From: Thermoguttaceae bacterium
Lineage (GTDB): Bacteria > Planctomycetota > Planctomycetia > Pirellulales > Thermoguttaceae
Reading direction: 5' to 3'
DNA: 64,000 nucleotides
Assembly (NCBI GenBank): GCA_031549145.1
Contig: JAVBQI010000051.1
Coordinates: 1,672 to 65,671, forward strand
Under the pieces are notes generated by a model. The model ran no database searches. It worked only from the letters and a program-made list of their open reading frames with translations, and was not told where the DNA came from. Both the position numbers and the translations under genes were made by a program. Positions 1 through 8,398 of the stretch are shown one piece after another. Within the stretch, counting starts at the first letter, position 1. Each line of letters starts with the position of its first letter.

Positions 1-157
1 TGCGCTGCGCTTCTTTCCGGCTTTTGTTTTTGTGACGGATCGCTCCGCCGTTTTTTTCTCTTTACACGATATCCCGAAAAGGGTAAAATGTGGGTTTGTT
101 TTTCACATCCCCCCAGTTTTGCCCAACCCTACTTTTTTAACACAGGGAAGTCCCACC

Positions 158-1264
158 ATGCCGAAAAAAGCCGCCGCCAAACCGCAAGCTCCTGCCGCCA
201 AGACGGCGAAAGACGCAAAGTCGAACAAAATCGATACGCTGTACAACAAGAATCCGGAACTGAAAAACGCCGTCTCCCAGATCGAAAAGCAGTTTGGCGA
301 AGGGGCGATCATGTCCCTCGGTATGGACCGGGCGCCGGGCTTGAGCGGCATTTCGACCGGCAGCCTTTCGCTCGACCTTGCGCTCGGCGGATTCGGCATT
401 CCGAAAGGGCGGATCATCGAAATTTTCGGCCCGGAATCGAGCGGCAAAACGACCTTAACGCTGCATATCGTCGCCAGCGCCCAAAAGGCGGGCGGCATCG
501 CGGCGTTTATCGACGCGGAACACGCCCTTGACCCGAGCTGGGCCAAGAAACTCGGCGTCGACCTCGAAAGTCTGCTGGTCTCCCAGCCGAGCAGCGGGGA
601 AGAGGCGATGCGGATCGCCGAAATGCTGGTCAAATCGAACGCCGTCGACGTGATCGTCGTCGATTCGGTCGCCGCCCTGGTCCCCGAAAAGGAACTGCAA
701 GGGGAAATCGGCGATTCGCACGTCGGTTTGCAGGCCCGGCTGATGAGTCAAGCACTGCGAAAACTGACGGGGGTAATCGCCCGCAGCAAGACCTCGGTCA
801 TTTTCATCAACCAGATTCGCGAAAAAATCGGCGTGATGTTCGGCTCGCCCGAAACGACCCCGGGCGGCCGGGCTCTCAAATTTTACTGCTCGTGCCGGAT
901 CGATGTCCGCCGGATCGGCCAGATCAAGGAGGGGGAAGATGTGATCGGCCAACGGGTCAAGGCGAAGGTCGTCAAGAACAAAGTCGCCCCGCCGTTTCGG
1001 GCGGCCGAATTCGACATGATGCACACGAACGGCATTTCGCTCGAAGGGGACATTCTGGACCTCGCGATCGCGAAAAAGCTGGTGATCAAATCGGGCGCCT
1101 GGTTTCGGTACGGCGATCAGCCGCTCGGGCAAGGTCGGGAAAAGGCCCGGCAGCATTTCAAGGACAACCCGGAGTTTATGGAAAACATCCGGTCGCAAAT
1201 CATGGCCTCCGTCCAGGAAGACGGCGGCGCCGGCCTCTTCGGAGCAACGGGAGAAGAGTTTTAG
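158..1264 (+). CDS. recA: RecA recombinase with Lys/Ala-rich N-terminal extension
   Basis: ORF 32..1264. Walker [21 protein letters not shown] and [28 protein letters not shown] are canonical RecA blocks. First in-frame ATG is at 158; the ORF-track start at 32 is GTG and adds non-RecA residues. Confidence 0.95.
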   Translation: MPKKAAAKPQAPAAKTAKDAKSNKIDTLYNKNPELKNAVSQIEKQFGEGAIMSLGMDRAPGLSGISTGSLSLDLALGGFGIPKGRIIEIFGPESSGKTTLTLHIVASAQKAGGIAAFIDAEHALDPSWAKKLGVDLESLLVSQPSSGEEAMRIAEMLVKSNAVDVIVVDSVAALVPEKELQGEIGDSHVGLQARLMSQALRKLTGVIARSKTSVIFINQIREKIGVMFGSPETTPGGRALKFYCSCRIDVRRIGQIKEGEDVIGQRVKAKVVKNKVAPPFRAAEFDMMHTNGISLEGDILDLAIAKKLVIKSGAWFRYGDQPLGQGREKARQHFKDNPEFMENIRSQIMASVQEDGGAGLFGATGEEF

Positions 1265-1274
1265 TTACTGAGTT

Positions 1275-1380
1275 CCAGATTAAAAATGATCTGACATTCC
1301 GTCATCCCCGCGCAGGCGGGGATCCAGAGATTACGGTTTCCCTTTGGACCCCCGCCTGCGCGGGGGTGACGAAGGTCATT
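1275..1380 (+). repeat. Repeat family A copy 1 (nested GC-rich palindrome)
   Basis: CCAGATTAAAAATGATCTGAC..GTCATCCCCGCGCAGGCGGGGATCCAGAG-12 nt-CTTTGGACCCCCGCCTGCGCGGGGGTGACGAAGGTCATT. Near-identical to the copies at 52768 and 59096. Confidence 0.9.
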
Positions 1381-1390
1381 GCATTAACTC

Positions 1391-1453
1391 CGCGACAGAC
1401 TGCAGGGGAACGGTTGGAAACAAAACCCTACAGCCTACAGCCTACAGCCTACG
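1391..1453 (+). repeat. Heptamer hairpin H1: GGTTGGAAA core + (CCTACAG)x3.9, ending 2 nt before the gspF/pilC start
   Basis: CGCGACAGACTGCAGGGGAACGGTTGGAAACAAAACCCTACAGCCTACAGCCTACAGCCTACG, followed by CT and then TTG at 1456. Confidence 0.9.
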
Positions 1454-1455
1454 CT

Positions 1456-2673
1456 TTGCCTGATTACGTTTATAATGCCCGCAACCTCTCCGGAGGGAAT
1501 GTCGCCGGAAAGCTTTCGGCCAATTCCCGTCGGGAAGCGCTCGACCTGCTCGCAAGGCAGTCGCTCTTCCCGATCTCGATTGAGGATGCGCACAAAGGGC
1601 AGATCGAGCTGAAATTCTTCAAAAAGAGAATTCCGGAATCGTTGATCGCCTCGACGTTGGCCCAGTTGGCCGATTTGCTCGAAAACGGCGTCCCGGTGCT
1701 GACCGCGTTCCAGGTTCTGACAAAGCAAACGACGCATTCGACGCTGAAAGAGGTGTTGACCGATCTGCACGATCAGGTTTCCGACGGGGAATCGATCGAC
1801 AACGCGTTTGCCTCGCACCCGCGGGTGTTCAACGATCTGACGATCAGCATCATTCGGGCGGGGACGGAAGGGGCGTTTCTCGAAGACGCTCTCAAGCGGG
1901 TCGCGAAATTTCTCGAAGCCCAGGCGGAGATGCGGGGCAAAATCGTCGGGGCGATGATTTACCCGACCATTTTGGCGATTGTCGGGGTCGTGTTGGTAAC
2001 GGTGCTGGTCGTCTTTTTCGTGCCGATGTTTACACCAATGTTTAAAATGGTGGTTGCTCAAGGCGGCACGCTCCCGGCCGCGACCGATTTCCTCCTCTGG
2101 GCTCGCGAGTTCATTCTCAACTACTATCTGTACATCGGCGGCGGCTTGGCATTCGTTCTTTTCTGGATTCGCGCCCAAGCCTCGACCCGTTGGGGGCGAC
2201 GGTTTATGGACCGTTGGAAACTGAAGCTACCGATCATGGGAAAACTCCTGCTCGAATCCGCCGTTTCCCGGTTTTGCCGCGTTTTCGGCACACTGTTGGA
2301 AAACGGCGTCCCGATCTTGCGGGCGCTCGAAATTTCAAGCACCTCGACGGGGAATACGATCCTCTCGGAAGCGATCGTGAAATCGGCGGAAAACGTTTCC
2401 TCGGGCGAGTCGCTTTCCAAACCGCTTTCGGATACGGGTATCTTTCCGCCCCAGGTGATGGCGATGCTCACGATCGCCGAGGAATCGAACACGCTGGAAA
2501 CGGTCTTGATCGGTGCGGCGGATTCGATCGAGCGGAGTATTTCCCGCCGACTGGACACGATGGTCCGGTTGATCGAACCGCTGATGCTCCTGGGGATGGG
2601 CGGGGCCGTCCTTTTTATCATTCTCGCCCTGCTCTTGCCGGTCTTTCAAATGGGTGGAAATTTGCAAATCTAG
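1456..2673 (+). CDS. Type II secretion / type IV pilus inner-membrane platform protein (GspF/PilC family)
   Basis: 3' part of ORF 892..2673, about 405 aa. Two T2SSF-like halves, each followed by TM segments. N-terminus PDYVYNARNLSGG...REALDLLARQSLFPISI is typical of the family. There is no in-frame ATG, so the in-frame TTG at 1456 is proposed as the start. Confidence 0.85.
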   Translation: MPDYVYNARNLSGGNVAGKLSANSRREALDLLARQSLFPISIEDAHKGQIELKFFKKRIPESLIASTLAQLADLLENGVPVLTAFQVLTKQTTHSTLKEVLTDLHDQVSDGESIDNAFASHPRVFNDLTISIIRAGTEGAFLEDALKRVAKFLEAQAEMRGKIVGAMIYPTILAIVGVVLVTVLVVFFVPMFTPMFKMVVAQGGTLPAATDFLLWAREFILNYYLYIGGGLAFVLFWIRAQASTRWGRRFMDRWKLKLPIMGKLLLESAVSRFCRVFGTLLENGVPILRALEISSTSTGNTILSEAIVKSAENVSSGESLSKPLSDTGIFPPQVMAMLTIAEESNTLETVLIGAADSIERSISRRLDTMVRLIEPLMLLGMGGAVLFIILALLLPVFQMGGNLQI

Positions 2674-2827
2674 AGCCGATTGTAAAATTTTCCGTTTTCC
2701 TATAAAATATACTTTTGTAAGAATATATTTCTTCGTTCGACAAAAAACACGTTTTTTCGATTTCTGCAGCCATTTTTTGAAAAGACGAAATAACGGATCG
2801 TAAAATATTTTTAAAAGGACCTCTCTT

Positions 2828-4063
2828 ATGCAAATGATAAGCAATCTTCGAAGCCGGAAAAAAGGTTTTACTTTGATCGAGCTTCTCGTGGTGATGGCGA
2901 TTTTGATCATTCTTCTCGCCTTTCTTGTTCCTCTGGTCATGAACCAATGGACGCGCATCCGAATCCGTAATACGGAATTGACGCTGAAAAGCAGCGTTTT
3001 GCGTGCTTTGGAAGATTACAAGGAGGATCACGGCAACTACCCGACGACGGAAGCGGCGGACCCGAACGATTTTCTGCCGCGCGTCCTGATCGGCGACACC
3101 AGCCGGATCCAACAACAGCAGCAACCTGGCGGGATGGGAGCCCCGGGCGGCTTGACCAACGGCGGAATGCCCACCCAGCCGGGGGGACTGACCCCTCCAA
3201 TGCCGGGACAGGACATGATGATGCAACAACCGGGCGGACTGAATCCTCCAATGCCGGGACAGGACACGATGATGCAGCAACCGGGAGGACTGAACCCCGC
3301 CGTTCCCGGGCCGACCGCAGCCGTCGGCACGCCGATGCCGGGTATGGACGGCGGCTTGGGGATGCCGAATCCGGGGATGCAGAATCCGGGCGGAATGTCT
3401 GGAATGCCCGATCAGACGGGCGGGTTTGGACCGACCGGAACTCCGGGTGTCAGCACGACTCCGGGCGGCATGAGCGGCGTTTCGACGACGCACGGGGCCC
3501 GTTTGACCAACAATTATTTCGGCGAGAACGCGTCCCTTCCGGAAGACGCCTGGAACCGCCCTTTCAAATACGAATATCCGACGTATAAAACCCCGAGCGG
3601 CAAGCCGGCTGTCTGGTCGGCCGGTCCCGACGGCATTTACGGCAATGACGATGATATCATCAGCTGGGCGGACGAAATGGACGCGATGAAAAAAGACCCC
3701 GCTCTTCAACAGCGTTTTGAACAAAAACGGATGCAAGAGCAGCAAAGGCAGCAACAGCTGCAAATGCAACAGATGCAGCAACAAACGACGGGCATGGGCG
3801 GGATGCCGGGAATTCCGGGACAACCGCCGATGCCGGGTCAAGAGGGTGGTTTGATGCAACCGCAGCAGATGATTCCGGGGCAAACCCCGCCGATGCCGGT
3901 AGGACCGGGAATGGACCAGGGCTTCCCCACTCCGCAACCGACGCCGGGACCGATGCCGACGACGACGCCGATGCAGCCGACACCGGGTCCGATGCCGACG
4001 ACAACGCCGCAACCGAACCCGATGCCGGTGCCGCCGCAACAGCCGACGGCACCGCCGGTGTAG
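2828..4063 (+). CDS. Prepilin-type pseudopilin, GspG-like core with large P/G/M/Q low-complexity insert and Q/P-rich tail
   Basis: KKGFTLIELLVVMAILIILLAFLVP is the N-terminal cleavage/methylation motif. GspG-like blocks ALEDYKEDHGNYPTTE and WNRPFKYEYP...KPAVWSAGPDGIYGNDDDIISW are separated by about 130 aa of PGG/MQQ repeats. A tail of about 125 aa follows. Confidence 0.85.
   Translation: MQMISNLRSRKKGFTLIELLVVMAILIILLAFLVPLVMNQWTRIRIRNTELTLKSSVLRALEDYKEDHGNYPTTEAADPNDFLPRVLIGDTSRIQQQQQPGGMGAPGGLTNGGMPTQPGGLTPPMPGQDMMMQQPGGLNPPMPGQDTMMQQPGGLNPAVPGPTAAVGTPMPGMDGGLGMPNPGMQNPGGMSGMPDQTGGFGPTGTPGVSTTPGGMSGVSTTHGARLTNNYFGENASLPEDAWNRPFKYEYPTYKTPSGKPAVWSAGPDGIYGNDDDIISWADEMDAMKKDPALQQRFEQKRMQEQQRQQQLQMQQMQQQTTGMGGMPGIPGQPPMPGQEGGLMQPQQMIPGQTPPMPVGPGMDQGFPTPQPTPGPMPTTTPMQPTPGPMPTTTPQPNPMPVPPQQPTAPPV
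3179..3301 (+). repeat. 51-nt in-frame tandem repeat (about 2.4 copies) inside the pseudopilin gene
   Basis: The unit encodes PGGL(T/N)PPMPGQD(M/T)MMQQ. Confidence 0.88.
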
Positions 4064-4080
4064 TTGAGAGTTGAGTCTCC

Positions 4081-4236
4081 GTTACGAGCCGCGACCTTAA
4101 AAAGAGCCGCGACCTGCGGTCGCGAAGGGAAGACGAGGCCCCGCGTTTGAAGAACGGGGCGCGTAAAATTGATTATTCCTTTCGCGACCGTAGGTCGCGG
4201 CTCCGTTTTGTGTTGCGGTTTTTGGCCGCGGCTCTT
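4081..4236. repeat. Cluster of family D short hairpins (GAGCCGCGACC-nnn-GGTCGCG)
   Basis: GAGCCGCGACC at 4086, GAGCCGCGACCTGCGGTCGCGA at 4104, TCGCGACCGTAGGTCGCGGCTC at 4182, GGCCGCGGCTC at 4224. Confidence 0.85.
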
Positions 4237-4257
4237 TTTTTACATTCATTTTTGTCG

Positions 4258-5916
4258 ATGTCGAATATCGCTTTGATGCTTACGGAAAGGGCGGGGCGGC
4301 GGCCCGAGGCGGTCGCGATCGCCGAGCCGCTCCCGAAACGCTCGTCCGGCGAAAAACGATCCTACAAAACGATCACCTTTCGCGAACTGGACGCCGAGAG
4401 CGACCGGATCGCCGCCGCCCTGATCGGCTCCGGCGTGCGGCCCGGGATGCGAATCGTCCTCATGGTCCGGCAGGGGATCGACTTTATTTCCCTTGTCTTC
4501 GGCCTCTTCAAATCGGGGGCGACGCTTGTCCTGATCGATCCCGGCATGGGCCTGAAGCCGATGATCCGTTGTCTCGCCGAGGTCGAGCTCGACGGGTTCG
4601 CCGCCCTCTCGCCGGTGCAAGCCGTTCGCGTTCTGCTCGGCCGCCGATTCCCGAAAGCGAAGCACAATCTGACCGTCGGCCGACGTTGGTTTTGGGGCGG
4701 GCTCTCGCTCGCGGAGATTCGCAAGCAGCCCGATCCCGGTTCGATTACCGTCGAGCGGGCTTGGGACGATCCGGCCGCGATCATCTTTACCAGCGGGAGC
4801 ACCGGCGCCGCGAAAGGAGTGCTCTTTACACACGGAATTTTCCGGACGCAGGCGACGGAAATTCAACGTCAGCTCGACATTCAAGAAGGCGAAGTCGATT
4901 TGGCCGGGTTCCCGTTTTTCGGTCTTTTCAACGCGGCAATGGGAGTAACGGCCGTGATCCCGGATATGGACTCAAGCCGTCCGGGCTGGGTCGATCCGCG
5001 CAACATTCTCGAAGCCGCCCGCGATTGGAAAATCGACCAGTCGTTCGGCTCCCCCGCCCTTTGGAATCGGGTGATTGATCACTGCCTTGCAACCGGCGAG
5101 CGATTCGAAACACTGCGGCGGGTCGTTTCGGCCGGGGCTCCGATCGCCGCGATGATGCTCGAACGGCTCAAGCGCTGCCTGCCGCCCGACGCCGAGATTT
5201 ATACCCCTTACGGAGCGACCGAAGCGTTGCCGGTTTCGCTCATCAGCGCGAGCGAAATCCTCTCGGAGACCGCCCGCAAGACGGCGGAAGGGGCCGGCAT
5301 CTGCGTCGGGACGCCGTTCGAGTCGATTTCCTGGAAGGTGATCGCGATCACCGAGGAGCCGATCGGACGTTTGGACGAAGCGAAAGAATGTCCGAACGGC
5401 GAGATCGGCGAGCTGATCGTCTCCGGCCCTCAGGTGACGACCGAGTATGTGACCCGGCGGGAAGCGAACGCCCTCGCGAAGATCGTCGATGCCGACGGCC
5501 GAATTTGGCACCGGATGGGAGACGTCGGTTACCTGGACGCTCAAAACCGTTTTTGGTTTTGCGGCCGCAAGTCGCATCGGGTCGAAACGGCGGCCGGACC
5601 GCTCTTTTCGATTCCGTGCGAATCGATTTTCAACCGGCATCCTAAGGTGTTCCGGACGGCGTTGGTCGGAATTTCCGCCGAATCAGGCAAATTCAAGGAA
5701 CCGGCGTTGTTCGTCGAGTGCTTTCCGGAGCAGCGGCCGAAGACGGAGGCGGAAAAGACCGAGCTGCTCGCCGAGCTCCGGGAGCTGGGCCGCGGCTCGC
5801 CGTCAACGGCCGCGATCGAGCGGTTTTTCTTTCTCGATACCTTTCCGGTCGACACCCGGCACAATGCGAAGATCAACCGGGAGCAGTTGGCGGTACTTGC
5901 AGCGGGGGGCAAATAA
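4258..5916 (+). CDS. AMP-dependent synthetase/ligase, OleC-like (beta-lactone synthetase family) by motif pattern
   Basis: ORF 4147..5916, ATG at 4258 preferred. AMP-binding motif IIFTSGSTGAAKGV, then VIPDMDSSRP, TPYGATEALPV, HRMGDVGYLD..RFWFCGRKSHRVET and C-terminal FPVDTRHNAKINREQLA. The OleC family call is from memory of the OleC motif pattern. Confidence 0.8.
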   Translation: MSNIALMLTERAGRRPEAVAIAEPLPKRSSGEKRSYKTITFRELDAESDRIAAALIGSGVRPGMRIVLMVRQGIDFISLVFGLFKSGATLVLIDPGMGLKPMIRCLAEVELDGFAALSPVQAVRVLLGRRFPKAKHNLTVGRRWFWGGLSLAEIRKQPDPGSITVERAWDDPAAIIFTSGSTGAAKGVLFTHGIFRTQATEIQRQLDIQEGEVDLAGFPFFGLFNAAMGVTAVIPDMDSSRPGWVDPRNILEAARDWKIDQSFGSPALWNRVIDHCLATGERFETLRRVVSAGAPIAAMMLERLKRCLPPDAEIYTPYGATEALPVSLISASEILSETARKTAEGAGICVGTPFESISWKVIAITEEPIGRLDEAKECPNGEIGELIVSGPQVTTEYVTRREANALAKIVDADGRIWHRMGDVGYLDAQNRFWFCGRKSHRVETAAGPLFSIPCESIFNRHPKVFRTALVGISAESGKFKEPALFVECFPEQRPKTEAEKTELLAELRELGRGSPSTAAIERFFFLDTFPVDTRHNAKINREQLAVLAAGGK

Positions 5917-6022
5917 TAAAATACGCAATCGAGCCGCGTGCTGCGTACGCGGAGTGGGCGGGCGACCTCTTCCCCCCGCGTACACAGTACGCGGCTCATT
6001 GTTCTCGCTTTTTTTGCGTTCC

Positions 6023-6997
6023 CTAACGGTTTTCCGGTCCGAGGAAATCGCCGGGTTGAATCCGATAGCCGTTGATCAGGGCGCCCGCGCTCATCACCCC
6101 TTTGCCGGACGGCTGCACGCTCGAAACGCGGACGATCTCGTCGGCCGCCGCGACCCAAAGGTCTTCCCCCCGGGCCTTCAAAACGGTTCCCGGGGCGACA
6201 CCGTTCGGAGAGGCCTCCGTTTCGCTCGCGGGAAGCAAGTCCGCGGCATGCAGGATCAGCCGGAGCGGCGTCCCTTTTTCCCGATGCCAATACGTATAGG
6301 ATTTCGGCCAGGGAACCATCGCTCGGATATGATTGCATACGAATTGACCGCCGCGACTCCAATCGAGGAGCCCTTCTTCTTTTTTGAGTTTCGGCGCCTT
6401 GGAAATCTGCTCATGCAGCTGCGGGATCGCCGAGAGTCGGCCGGTTTCCATTTGCGTGATCGTTTGAACGATCAACCAGGAGCCGATCAGGGCCAATCGT
6501 TCTTCGAGTTCGATCGCGGTGTCGTCCGGTCCGATCGGGATCATGGGACTTTTAGCGACAACCGGACCGGCATCGACCTCGGGGATCATGTGTATGACGC
6601 TCACGCCGGTGTAGGCGGCCCCGTCCAAAATCGCGCGGTTGATCGGGGCGGCGCCCCGGTATCGCGGCAGCAGCGAGCCGTGCAGGTTCAAACCGCCCAT
6701 CCGCGAGGTTTTAAGAATTTCTTCCGAGAGGATTCTGCCGTAATCGCAGACGAAAAAGACTTCGGCCGCCAAAAGGTAAAGCAGGTCGCGGCATTCCGAG
6801 GAGTTGATGTTTTCGGGATCGTAGATTGGGATATTGCGCTCAAGGGCGATCTCCCGCATCGGGGTTACCGTCGGGGCTTTGCCCGAGGGACCGCGGATCG
6901 GCATCGTGACAAGCGCAAGAATTTCGTGGTCCGCTTCGATCAGACGCTGAAACGAAGGAACCGCGAAACCGCCTGTTCCCATAACGATAATTCTCAT
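6023..6997 (-). CDS. fmt: Methionyl-tRNA formyltransferase
   Basis: MRIIVMGTGGFAVPSF N-terminus, HGSLLPRYRGAAPINRAI formyltransferase motif, C-terminal Fmt domain. About 324 aa. Confidence 0.92.
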   Translation of the reverse strand: MRIIVMGTGGFAVPSFQRLIEADHEILALVTMPIRGPSGKAPTVTPMREIALERNIPIYDPENINSSECRDLLYLLAAEVFFVCDYGRILSEEILKTSRMGGLNLHGSLLPRYRGAAPINRAILDGAAYTGVSVIHMIPEVDAGPVVAKSPMIPIGPDDTAIELEERLALIGSWLIVQTITQMETGRLSAIPQLHEQISKAPKLKKEEGLLDWSRGGQFVCNHIRAMVPWPKSYTYWHREKGTPLRLILHAADLLPASETEASPNGVAPGTVLKARGEDLWVAAADEIVRVSSVQPSGKGVMSAGALINGYRIQPGDFLGPENR

Positions 6998-7115
6998 GCC
7001 TTGGAAAGTAGACTGCGTACCGGAAGGGAGGTCGCCGCGAGGGGCTAACCCGACAAAGAAAAGAGTATACCCGTTTTTCGAGAAATGACAATCAACGCAA
7101 GCCGGGTATTATTGC

Positions 7116-7223
7116 CCTCCGCGAAAAATTTGAACAGGAGCCTCGAACTCAACACTCGCGGTATCGGGGCTTTCGTCGCTTCGCTCAGGAAGCCCCTTGG
7201 CTCATTTTTTGTGCGGAGCACAG
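7116..7223 (+). repeat. Repeat family B copy 1 (about 105 nt)
   Basis: CCTCCGCGAAAAATTTGAACAGGAGCCTCGAACTCAACACTCGCGGTATCGGGGCTTTCGTCGCTTCGCTCAGGAAGCCCCTTGGCTCATTTTTTGTGCGGAGCACAG. Confidence 0.9.
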
Positions 7224-7239
7224 ATTTGGGCGGGCTCAC

Positions 7240-8088
7240 TCAATCCCATCGGAGGCGGTAGGCGTCGAAGATCGGGCCGTCGACGCAAGTGCGGACGTAT
7301 TCCCAAGACTCGGTCGCCTCGGTTTCCCGGTACGGGACAACGCAACTGAAACAGATTCCCAGGCCGCAGGCCATGGGCGATTCCAACGAGACCTCGCAAG
7401 GGAGTTCGAGCTTTCGGGCCGCCGCGAAAACGCTCCGGAGCATCGGCTGCGGCCCGCAGGCGACGATCTTGATTCGCGAAGTGTCGTTCTCCTTTTGAAA
7501 TGTCCGGACGACCTCGGGAATCAAATCGGTAACCGGCCCTTGGTGCCCGGCCGAACCGTCGTCGCTCGCCAAATAAAGGTTGACACCGGCCCGCTCGAAA
7601 TCTTCGAGACAACTGAATCGCCCCTTGTTTCTCGCCCCGTACAAAAGAGCCGCCGTCCCGGCGCCCCGTTCTTTGAGAAAAGCTTTGGAAAGCATCAGCA
7701 TCGGCGTTTGGCCGATCCCCCCGGCGACCATGATCAGCCGGTCCGCGTCTTCAAAGCGAAAGAAATTGCCGAGCGGCCCCCACATTTCGAGCGAGTCCCC
7801 GGCCCGAACCGCCGCGAGCCGCGAGGTCATTTTGCCGACGACGAAATACACCAGATCGACGGCTCCTTCCGGCGAGGTTTGAAAGACGGCGAGCGGCCGC
7901 CCCAGGAGCGGATCGCTCCGATCCGGCAGCCGGAGCATCACGAACTGCCCCGGACGAACGGAAGCGGCGATTTTCGAATCGAGCAGGCGGATGCGGAAGG
8001 TCCCCTGTCCGAGCGGGACATTTTCCGCGACGATGAGCCGTTCCGTTTGAACGACGGGATGTTCTTGACAAAAGGGGTGAGAGATCAT
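7240..8088 (-). CDS. pyrK: Dihydroorotate dehydrogenase electron-transfer subunit (FAD/NAD-binding, 2Fe-2S)
   Basis: ORF 7240..8175. ATG at 8088 is preferred because upstream codons lie in repeat A2. RPLAV, MVAGGIGQTPM and Cys cluster CGLGICFSCV are present. Confidence 0.85.
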   Translation of the reverse strand: MISHPFCQEHPVVQTERLIVAENVPLGQGTFRIRLLDSKIAASVRPGQFVMLRLPDRSDPLLGRPLAVFQTSPEGAVDLVYFVVGKMTSRLAAVRAGDSLEMWGPLGNFFRFEDADRLIMVAGGIGQTPMLMLSKAFLKERGAGTAALLYGARNKGRFSCLEDFERAGVNLYLASDDGSAGHQGPVTDLIPEVVRTFQKENDTSRIKIVACGPQPMLRSVFAAARKLELPCEVSLESPMACGLGICFSCVVPYRETEATESWEYVRTCVDGPIFDAYRLRWD

Positions 8089-8170
8089 TGATCGAATCGC
8101 GATTTCCGTGGATCGCGAAAATGTGAGCCGAAGTGATGAAACCGACCTTTGAGAAAGCAGAGTCAAATCC

Positions 8171-8243
8171 GTCATTCCCGCGTAGGCGGGAATCCAGAGG
8201 TTGCGGTTTCCCTCTGGACCCCCGCCTACGCGGGGGTGACGAA
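8171..8243 (+). repeat. Repeat family A copy 2
   Basis: GTCATTCCCGCGTAGGCGGGAATCCAGAGGTTGCGGTTTCCCTCTGGACCCCCGCCTACGCGGGGGTGACGAAG. Confidence 0.9.
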
Positions 8244-8398
8244 GATTATTTTCCTAGCCCGGTGATAGAGCGCAAAACTCAAACGATCCGAGGTAGCCCC
8301 ATTTTAAAAGAAAAGGAACCGGTAGTCTATCCCGGTTCCCTGTTTGCAAAGTTTGCAAAAACGGATGTGCAAAATCTGACGATTTGCGAAGTGTCGGT

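Noticed and set aside
2744-2758. Identical 15-mer AAAACACGTTTTTTC upstream of the pseudopilin gene and again at 63962..63976.
   Set aside because: A back-of-envelope estimate gives about one or more chance 15-mer matches in a 64-kb window, more so for A/T-run-rich sequence. Two sites are insufficient.
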